From Akkermansiaceae bacterium UBA2367 (GTDB taxonomy: Bacteria > Verrucomicrobiota > Verrucomicrobiia > Verrucomicrobiales > DEV007), in NCBI GenBank assembly GCA_002344525.1, contig DDTJ01000073.1, positions 3,102-67,101 on the forward strand: a stretch of DNA of 64,000 nucleotides, written 5' to 3'. Of this stretch, positions 57,678 through 64,000 are shown in pieces. The number at the start of each line of letters is the position of its first letter. Positions within the stretch are counted from its first letter, which is position 1. The translations under genes were made by a program, and so were the position numbers. Below the pieces are notes generated by a model. It saw only the letters and a list, made by a program, of their open reading frames with translations. It had not been told where the DNA came from and ran no database searches.

Positions 57678-58847
57678 CTACACCCCCCGCAACCAAGCAT
57701 AAACCGCATCGCCGATCTGCTTGTAGCCCGCCGGAGAGGGATGGACGCCGTTGTTCTGCCGGGTCACTTCAGTTTCCGTCCGGGCATGCGCCGGAGCCGT
57801 CGCCGAGGGGAAGCCGTGGACCGGGTCGAGATTCAGATGCGCCGGGACGAGATCGATCCCTGCCTTCTCCCGCCCCGAAAAGGTCTCGACCATGCGCCCG
57901 ACGAGACGGTGGCGGTTGCGCAGATACTGCCAGCGGGTCTGGTTGCTGCCGTAGTTCGCCCCGAAAGCGTCCTGGCTCGCGGCGGGCGGCATAGGCAGGA
58001 GGAGACCGATGCGGGTGTCCGCCCCCGCCTCGCGGATTTGCGCGAGGAGGGTCTCGGTGTGGCGGACGAAGAGGTCGATACGCTCCTCGATGGTCTCGTC
58101 GGTGGCGTGAAAGGTGTCGTTGCAACCGAGAAGGATCGTGACGAAATCGGGGGCGGCCCCCTCGTTGAACTCGCCGTAGTAGCGGGCGAGGTCGAAGCGG
58201 GGCTTCTCGTCGGACGGGTCTTGGTAGAGGAAGGGGCTGCCGCATTCCTTGGCGGGACCGCCGCGGGCCTTGCCAGTGTAATGGGTCGCGAAGCGCTTCG
58301 CCGTCCAGCCGCCGTAGCCTTCGTGGCGGACTTCGCCGAGGGGCTTGCCCTCCTCCGCCCCCGGACCGCGCGTGCCGACGAGCTTCAGGGGCAGGCCGTC
58401 CTCCTTCGCGAGCTCCAGCACCCGCGCCGGGTAGACCGAGGCGGCGGTGAGGCTGTCGCCGACGATGAGGAGGCTGAGAGGCCGGTCGGGAGCGCTCGCC
58501 AACGCCCGGGGCCGCACCCGCACCGTGGTCGAGGCGCGGGCGACGACCGCGTTGCCGCCGTCCCGCAGTTCGAGGCGCAGGGCGTGGTCGCCGACATCCT
58601 CCGGTTTTGGCGTCCAAGTCCAGCGGGCGTTCTGCTGCGCCCCTCTCGCGGAGACGACGTCCGGCACGACTGCGGCGGGATTGAGAAGGAGGAAGGCGTT
58701 CTCGAAATAGAGGTTCGCCTCCAACCTCTCCAGCGCATGGATCGCCGGAGGGAGGAGCAGCCTCGCCTCGCCGGGGAGATCGCCGTTTTCGCCGCGAGCG
58801 GACAGGAAGGCGAGCAGGAGGGGCAGGATGGGGAAAAGGCGGTTCAT
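57678..58847 (-). CDS. Secreted SGNH/GDSL hydrolase
   Basis: Signal peptide; IVGDSLT, HEGYGGW, LLGCND, GVHPSPAGY. Confidence 0.88.
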   Translation of the reverse strand: MNRLFPILPLLLAFLSARGENGDLPGEARLLLPPAIHALERLEANLYFENAFLLLNPAAVVPDVVSARGAQQNARWTWTPKPEDVGDHALRLELRDGGNAVVARASTTVRVRPRALASAPDRPLSLLIVGDSLTAASVYPARVLELAKEDGLPLKLVGTRGPGAEEGKPLGEVRHEGYGGWTAKRFATHYTGKARGGPAKECGSPFLYQDPSDEKPRFDLARYYGEFNEGAAPDFVTILLGCNDTFHATDETIEERIDLFVRHTETLLAQIREAGADTRIGLLLPMPPAASQDAFGANYGSNQTRWQYLRNRHRLVGRMVETFSGREKAGIDLVPAHLNLDPVHGFPSATAPAHARTETEVTRQNNGVHPSPAGYKQIGDAVYAWLRGV

Positions 58848-58913
58848 GCGGAAACTCTCGGTAGACGGGGAAAGGCGGCAAGGGGCGGAAATCGGGCGGG
58901 CGCTTCTCCGCCG

Positions 58914-59564
58914 CTACTTGGCCACGGCCATCGCCTCGCGGGCGTCCGCCTCGATCCGCTGCCAGTCCCGCGCTTGGATGGCTTCGCGGGGGGCGATCCA
59001 GCTCCCGCCGACGGCGGCGACGAGGTCGGAGTCGAGCCAAGTCTTCAAATTGCCGAGATGGATGCCGCCGAGAGGCACGAACTTCGGCCCGAGATGGGCG
59101 AACGGCGCGGCGATGTTTTTCAGATGGGCGAGGCCACCGGCGGATTCGGCGGGGAAGAACTTCAGGAGACGGCAACCCTCGCGGATCGCGACATCGACGT
59201 CGGTCGGGGTCATCACGCCGGGACCGAAAGGCAGGCCCGCCTCCGCCGCCCGGCGGATGATCTCGGGATTCACCCCCGGCGACACGCCGAACTCGGCCCC
59301 GGCGGCGAGGGCGGGCGCGATCTGGTCGGTCGAAAGGATCGTGCCGAGGCCGAGGCGCATGTCGGGGCAGGCCGCACGGATCGCGGCGGCGGCGGCGAAG
59401 GCGGCGGGGGTGCGCAGCGTCAGCTCCATCGCGGTGACGCCGCCGCGCAGGAGGGCCTCGGCGAGAGGCACGGCGGACTCAGCTTCATCGATGACGAGCA
59501 CGGCGATGAGACGGGCATCGGCGAGCGCCTGGCCGATGCCGGATTCGGGGACGAGTTGGCTCAT
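58914..59564 (-). CDS. eda: KDPG/KHG aldolase
   Basis: ELTLRT, GLGTIL, VSPG, PGVMTPT, KFFPA, PLGGI, GGSW. Confidence 0.93.
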   Translation of the reverse strand: MSQLVPESGIGQALADARLIAVLVIDEAESAVPLAEALLRGGVTAMELTLRTPAAFAAAAAIRAACPDMRLGLGTILSTDQIAPALAAGAEFGVSPGVNPEIIRRAAEAGLPFGPGVMTPTDVDVAIREGCRLLKFFPAESAGGLAHLKNIAAPFAHLGPKFVPLGGIHLGNLKTWLDSDLVAAVGGSWIAPREAIQARDWQRIEADAREAMAVAK

Positions 59565-59640
59565 GGGGAAGAAGAGGGCGGAGGCTGGCCCGGCTTTCGG
59601 CGGGTTGAAAAGGATGGACACGGATGGGATACTCCCTTTC

Positions 59641-62271
59641 ATGATTTTTCAAAGCCTTCTTTCGCGCCGCGCCGGGATCGTCGGCATGGCCGCCCTGCTC
59701 CCAGCCCTCCCCCTCCGCGCCCAGCAAGGGGACCGGCCCGACCACGTCATGGCCCCGCCCCCGGCGTATTGGAAGATCCCGCCCGCTCCCGTGGTGCCCC
59801 CCGACGAGGCCGCCGCGACCATGACCCTCGAAGACGGCTTCGTGCTCGAGCTCGCCGCCGCCGAACCCATGGTCCACGACCCCGTCGCCCTCGCCTTCGA
59901 CGCCGATGGTCGCATCTGGGTGGCCGAGATGCTGGGCTACATGCCCGACATCGACGGCAAGCTGGAGGAATCGACCTACGGTCGCATCGCCGTGCTCGAA
60001 GACACCGACGGGGACGGAAAGGCGGACAAGCGCACCGTCTTCCTCGAAGACTACCTGCTGCCCCGCGCCGTCGCCCTCGTCGACGCCGACCGCCGCCTCC
60101 TCTTCGCCGACAACGAACGGCTCTACGAGGCCGAAATCCTCATCGACGGCACGGGCGCGATCCGTGCGGGCAAGGTCGTCGTCGTGGACGAGGAATACGC
60201 CAAGGGCGGCAATCCCGAGCACAAATCCAACGGGCTCGTCCGCGCCCTCGACAACTGGATCTACAGCGCGAAATGCGACGCCCGCTACAAGAAGGTGGAC
60301 GGCGCCTGGATCAAGGAGAAAACCGAGTCGCGCGGCCAATGGGGCATCGTCCAGGACGACTACGGGCGCCTCCTCACCAACACCAACTCCAACCTCGTCT
60401 CCGTCGAGGAGGTCCCGCCCGGTGTGCGGACGCGGAATCCCCACTACAGCTTCCGCGCCCCCGTCGTCTCCACCGTGAAGGACCAGAGCCTCTGGCCGGG
60501 GCGCATCAATCCCGGCGTCAACCGCGGCTACCTCGAAGGCACCCTCGACGAGGAAGGCCATCTCGTAAAGCCCACCGCCGTCTCCGGTCTCGCCCTCTAC
60601 CGCGGCGACCAGTTCCCGCTCGAATACCGGGGCCAGCTTTTCATCCCCGAACCCGCCGGGAACCTCGTCAAACGCCTCGCGGTGGAGACGGCGGCGGACG
60701 GCTTCCGCACCCTGACGAGCGCCACCACCGGGCACGAGTTCCTCACCTCCACCGACGAGCGCAGCCGCATCGTCAACGCCCACCTCGCGCCCGACGGCTC
60801 CCTCTACCTCATCGATCTCTACCGGGGCATCCTCCAGCACCGGGTCTACATGACCTCCTACCTCCGCGCCCAGGTGATCGAGCGGAAACTCGACGAACAC
60901 ATCGGCCTCGGACGCCTCTGGCGGGTGACGCACCGCGACGGCAAGCGGGATGCGGAGCGCCCCCGCCTTTCCGGCGAATCCAGCGCCGCCCTCGTCGCCC
61001 GCCTCTCCCATCCGAACGGCTGGTGGCGCGACACCGCCCAGCGGCTCCTCGTCGAGCGCGGCGGCGACGAAGCGGTCGAAGCGTTGAAATCCCTCCTCGC
61101 CGACGGATCGGACGAACTCACCGCGATCCACGCGGTCTGGACCCTCGAAGGACTCGGGAAACTCGATCCCGCGACCTTGAAGACCGCCTTTTCCCTGGGC
61201 CATCCCCGCGCCGTCGCCGAGGCCGTCCGCGCCGCCGAATCCCTCGCCGGGACGGAGCAAGCCGACGCCGCCTTCGATCTTCTCGCCAAGCTCGCCGGGA
61301 GCGAAAGCCTCCACGTCCGTCGCCAGCTCGCCGCGAGCCTCGGCCTCTTCGGCGAACGCGCCGTGCCCGTCCTCGCCGCCCTCGTGCAGGACCACGAGAA
61401 AGACCAACTCATCGGCGACCTCGCCGTGAGCGGGCTGCACCGCCACGAACTCGCCCTCTTCAAAGCCCTACCGCCGAAACACAACCTCCGCCCCCGTCTC
61501 ATCGAGACCTTGGTGAAACGCAACGCCAAGGGGCAGTTCGCCGAACTCACTGGCCTGCTCGGCGATCCCGGCGAATTCCGCGCCCTCGCCCGCACCTCCG
61601 CCGCCCAGCGCCGTGGCGACGGGGCCGTCTCCCTCCTCGCGCTCGTCGCCGACGCCGCGACCGATCCCGCCGTGCGCAAAGCCATCGTCGAGGGCCTCCT
61701 CGACGGGGGCAAGGACAAGGCCTTCAAACCCATCCCCGTGAAAGCGCTCGACGAACTCGATCTCGCCCTCGAACGCGGCCACCTCGACGCTCCGGCGCGG
61801 CAGCGTCTCGCCGCCCTCTTCCAAGTCGGCAGCGGCGAGGAGGAGGTCTTCCTGCTCACCGAGGAGCACCGCCGCCAGTTCAAAGAGGGCGAAGCCCACT
61901 ACCAGCGCATCTGCCTCGGCTGCCACCAGATCCACGGCAACGGCCAACAATACCTCGCCCCTCCCCTCGTCGGTGCGGAGTGGGTGCTCGGGCCGGAGCG
62001 GCGGCTCATCGCCCTCGTCCTCGACGGCGTCACCGGCCCCATCGAGGTGCTCGGCAAGACCTACACCGCGCCCGAGATCCAGCCCGTCATGCCCGGCCTG
62101 AGGCTGAACCCCGAGTTCACCGACGAGCAGCTCGCCGCCATCATGACCTACGTGCGCAACGCCTGGGGCAACGGAGCACCGCCCGTCTCCGCCGGGGCCG
62201 TGGCCCGCTACCGCGAATCCGTCGCCCCCCGCGCCCCGTGGACGCCGGAGGAGCTGATGAAGCTGGAATGA
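59641..62271 (+). CDS. PVC-type dehydrogenase-like beta-propeller/HEAT/cytochrome c protein
   Basis: LAAAEPMVHDPVA, DTDGDGKAD, GQWGI, CLGCH heme motif, LTYVRNAWGN-like C-terminus. Confidence 0.85.
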   Translation: MIFQSLLSRRAGIVGMAALLPALPLRAQQGDRPDHVMAPPPAYWKIPPAPVVPPDEAAATMTLEDGFVLELAAAEPMVHDPVALAFDADGRIWVAEMLGYMPDIDGKLEESTYGRIAVLEDTDGDGKADKRTVFLEDYLLPRAVALVDADRRLLFADNERLYEAEILIDGTGAIRAGKVVVVDEEYAKGGNPEHKSNGLVRALDNWIYSAKCDARYKKVDGAWIKEKTESRGQWGIVQDDYGRLLTNTNSNLVSVEEVPPGVRTRNPHYSFRAPVVSTVKDQSLWPGRINPGVNRGYLEGTLDEEGHLVKPTAVSGLALYRGDQFPLEYRGQLFIPEPAGNLVKRLAVETAADGFRTLTSATTGHEFLTSTDERSRIVNAHLAPDGSLYLIDLYRGILQHRVYMTSYLRAQVIERKLDEHIGLGRLWRVTHRDGKRDAERPRLSGESSAALVARLSHPNGWWRDTAQRLLVERGGDEAVEALKSLLADGSDELTAIHAVWTLEGLGKLDPATLKTAFSLGHPRAVAEAVRAAESLAGTEQADAAFDLLAKLAGSESLHVRRQLAASLGLFGERAVPVLAALVQDHEKDQLIGDLAVSGLHRHELALFKALPPKHNLRPRLIETLVKRNAKGQFAELTGLLGDPGEFRALARTSAAQRRGDGAVSLLALVADAATDPAVRKAIVEGLLDGGKDKAFKPIPVKALDELDLALERGHLDAPARQRLAALFQVGSGEEEVFLLTEEHRRQFKEGEAHYQRICLGCHQIHGNGQQYLAPPLVGAEWVLGPERRLIALVLDGVTGPIEVLGKTYTAPEIQPVMPGLRLNPEFTDEQLAAIMTYVRNAWGNGAPPVSAGAVARYRESVAPRAPWTPEELMKLE

Positions 62272-62307
62272 TGGAAGAGGGTGCCCAGCCCAGCGTCCCC
62301 TTCGTCC

Positions 62308-62625
62308 ATGGAAACCCACCCAGCCGCGCCCGCATTCACCGCCGACTCCCTCGCCGCGTGGAGCGAGGAGGACCGCGCCGCTTTCCTCGAAGCCGTCGAC
62401 GCCTCCGACTACTCCCTCGCCGACTGGATCGAGGCCCTCGCCGCCTTCGACCTCTGGCTCGCCGGACGGGGCGAGACGCGCCGCCCCTGGCGCGGAATCG
62501 TCGGCTACATCCACTGCTGCACCTTCCAAGCCTCCCCCGGAATCGCTTTAGGAAACTTAAAAGTCATTGTTCATCAATCACTTATCGAATTCGGTTTCCA
62601 TTTCATCGACGGGTCGCAGGATTGA
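62308..62625 (+). CDS. Hypothetical protein
   Basis: 105-aa ORF filling the gap in the same orientation as neighbours. Confidence 0.55.
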   Translation: METHPAAPAFTADSLAAWSEEDRAAFLEAVDASDYSLADWIEALAAFDLWLAGRGETRRPWRGIVGYIHCCTFQASPGIALGNLKVIVHQSLIEFGFHFIDGSQD

Positions 62626-62700
62626 GAAGATTCAGATTCTGCGAATTTCGGCGAAGAAAAGGGTAGGCAGGCCGGGGCGGATGTGGTAAGATAGAGTTCT

Positions 62701-62994
62701 ATGTCAACCACACGTAGAACACGTTTCTCCCGCCGGGTTCCAGATCACGTCACCGACGAACTGGTAACTGTCCTCTCCGACAAACAAACCTTCGGGTTTA
62801 ACGACTTGTTCGAGGTCGTCTACGAAAACCTGAAAGCCCGCAATGCCGTCAGCGGGGGCGAGGAGATGCTGCGGCTGAGGGCTTACGAGAAACTCCAGAA
62901 CCTTGTCACCCGCGGTCTCGTCGAGAAGAAGGGCAAGGAGTATCGCGGTCTCGAAAACATCCACGAAGCCTCCAGCGTCCCGGCAGCGTCCTGA
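62701..62994 (+). CDS. Small basic hypothetical protein, possible winged-helix
   Basis: LRLRAYEKLQNLVTRGLVEKKGKEY looks like recognition helix plus wing; basic N-terminus. Confidence 0.65.
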   Translation: MSTTRRTRFSRRVPDHVTDELVTVLSDKQTFGFNDLFEVVYENLKARNAVSGGEEMLRLRAYEKLQNLVTRGLVEKKGKEYRGLENIHEASSVPAAS

Positions 62995-63088
62995 GGCGGG
63001 AGTCTTCGACCCTGTTTCATCGCCGACCCGACCCTGCTCCGTCCTTGGCGGAGGGGTCGGGACTGCCATCGGCCTCGCTCAAGGGTCG

Positions 63089-63276
63089 CAGGGATGTCCG
63101 ATCCGGCTTCTGTAGCCGAGGTCATTGACCTCGGTCGAACGTCGACAGGGATGTCCTATCCGGCCTCAGTGAGGCTGGCTACAGCGCTGGCGCGTTCTTC
63201 GGGGGTGAACCCTGTAGCCGAGGTCACTGACCTCGGTCGAACGTCGACAGGACACCCGCCCCGAATCTCGCTACAG
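63089..63276. repeat. BIME-like array (family R2)
   Basis: 40-bp REP-A unit at 63110-63149 and 63212-63251 (39/40), inverted REP-B at 63160-63184, partial linker copy at 63089-63107, terminal CTACAG at 63271-63276. Confidence 0.9.
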
Positions 63277-63351
63277 ACGGAGTTGTGAATTCGTCTGGAC
63301 GCGGCGCTTGATCCCGCTACATTCCGTCGGTTCCGGCCCCGCCCCGGACCG

Positions 63352-63741
63352 ATGGATTTTCATGCCATGCTTACGGACTACCTCCCCGTCATCGTCCAGA
63401 TCGTGATCGCCTCGGGTTTCGCCGTGGCCACGCTGATCGCCAGCGCCCTTCTCGGAAAGCGCGCCAGCCGCAACCGCGTCAAGGACTCGGCCTACGAATG
63501 CGGCATGAACCCCATCGGCGGCGGACAAGCCCGCTTCAGCGTGAAGTTCTACCTCGTCGCCATGCTCTTCGTCCTCTTCGACATCGAGGTCGTCTTCCTC
63601 ATCCCTTGGGCGACGGTCTACCGCGAGCAGATCGCCGGCGGCGCGATCGTCTTCCTTTTGGGCATGCTCGGCTTCGTCGGCATCCTCTTCATCGCCTACC
63701 TCTACGCGCTGAAAAAGGGCGCTCTCGACTGGCGCCGCTGA
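63352..63741 (+). CDS. nuoA: NADH-quinone oxidoreductase subunit A
   Basis: YECG, FSVKFYLVAMLFVLFDIEVVFL.PWA, KKGALDW. Confidence 0.96.
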   Translation: MDFHAMLTDYLPVIVQIVIASGFAVATLIASALLGKRASRNRVKDSAYECGMNPIGGGQARFSVKFYLVAMLFVLFDIEVVFLIPWATVYREQIAGGAIVFLLGMLGFVGILFIAYLYALKKGALDWRR

Positions 63742-63774
63742 GAGCGGCCCCGGCAACCCCCGTCATCCGCTCAG

Positions 63775-64000
63775 ATGGTCCACTACATCGCGCTCTTCCG
63801 GGTCGGCAAGGCGACCTCCGACGAGGATCTCGAGGAGCTGATCCGCGCCAGCCGCACCTGCTTCCACCGCGTCCACGAGGCCCGCAACTTCCGCTCCGGC
63901 CGCAATCTCGATGCGAAGGGTGAGTTCGCCTTCTTCCTCTCCGCCGATTTCGAGAGCCGCGACAAGTACGCCATGTTCCGCGAGGATCCCCACTTCGTCC
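63775..64000 (+). CDS. Dabb family protein, runs off window
   Basis: Manual translation MVHYIALFRV...FAFFLSADFESRDKYAMFREDPHF. Confidence 0.7.
   Translation, partial: MVHYIALFRVGKATSDEDLEELIRASRTCFHRVHEARNFRSGRNLDAKGEFAFFLSADFESRDKYAMFREDPHFV

Noticed and set aside
57657-59640. N-terminal part of the 1669-aa ORF 57657-62666 and similar very long Arg/Pro/Gly-rich ORFs (e.g. 15088-17616, 59485-61446, 48267-50978)
   Set aside because: Shadow frames of real genes in high-GC DNA; no motifs, and they overlap well-supported CDS.
63110-63251. Two 40-bp direct repeats with a 62-bp gap as a mini-CRISPR
   Set aside because: The gap contains an inverted REP found identically at 11281, repeats are GTAG-tagged palindromes, and no cas genes or leader are present.

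Overview
High-GC bacterial chromosome segment, most likely Verrucomicrobiota. This is inferred from two PVC-type heme-binding dehydrogenase-like genes, a ThuA-domain gene and an Amuc_1098-like secretin N-domain gene. It holds about 59 supportable CDS. Housekeeping and metabolic genes include actP, menB-menA-menC-menE, aroB, hisN, metX, eda, rpsN, a stand-alone fusA and an orphan nuoA, alongside many secreted hydrolases. Accessory content is a C5-methyltransferase/endonuclease pair (17.7-19.9 kb) and a signalling/conflict-type block (38.9-47.6 kb: class III cyclase, cupin, polyvalent-type kinase between 33-bp direct repeats, 4xPAS histidine kinase, response regulator, caspase-YARHG fusion). I found no rRNA, tRNA, CRISPR array, integrase or transposase. 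The most unusual signal is intergenic: three REP/REPIN/BIME-like families and several families of short-tandem-repeat (6-10 nt unit) inverted-arm hairpins. These hairpins occur as empty, nested and apparently gene-filled forms, the last being a 20-bp perfect inverted repeat bracketing the 9191-10012 gene. Protein calls rest on motif recognition by eye; no database searches were run, and several start codons were chosen manually.
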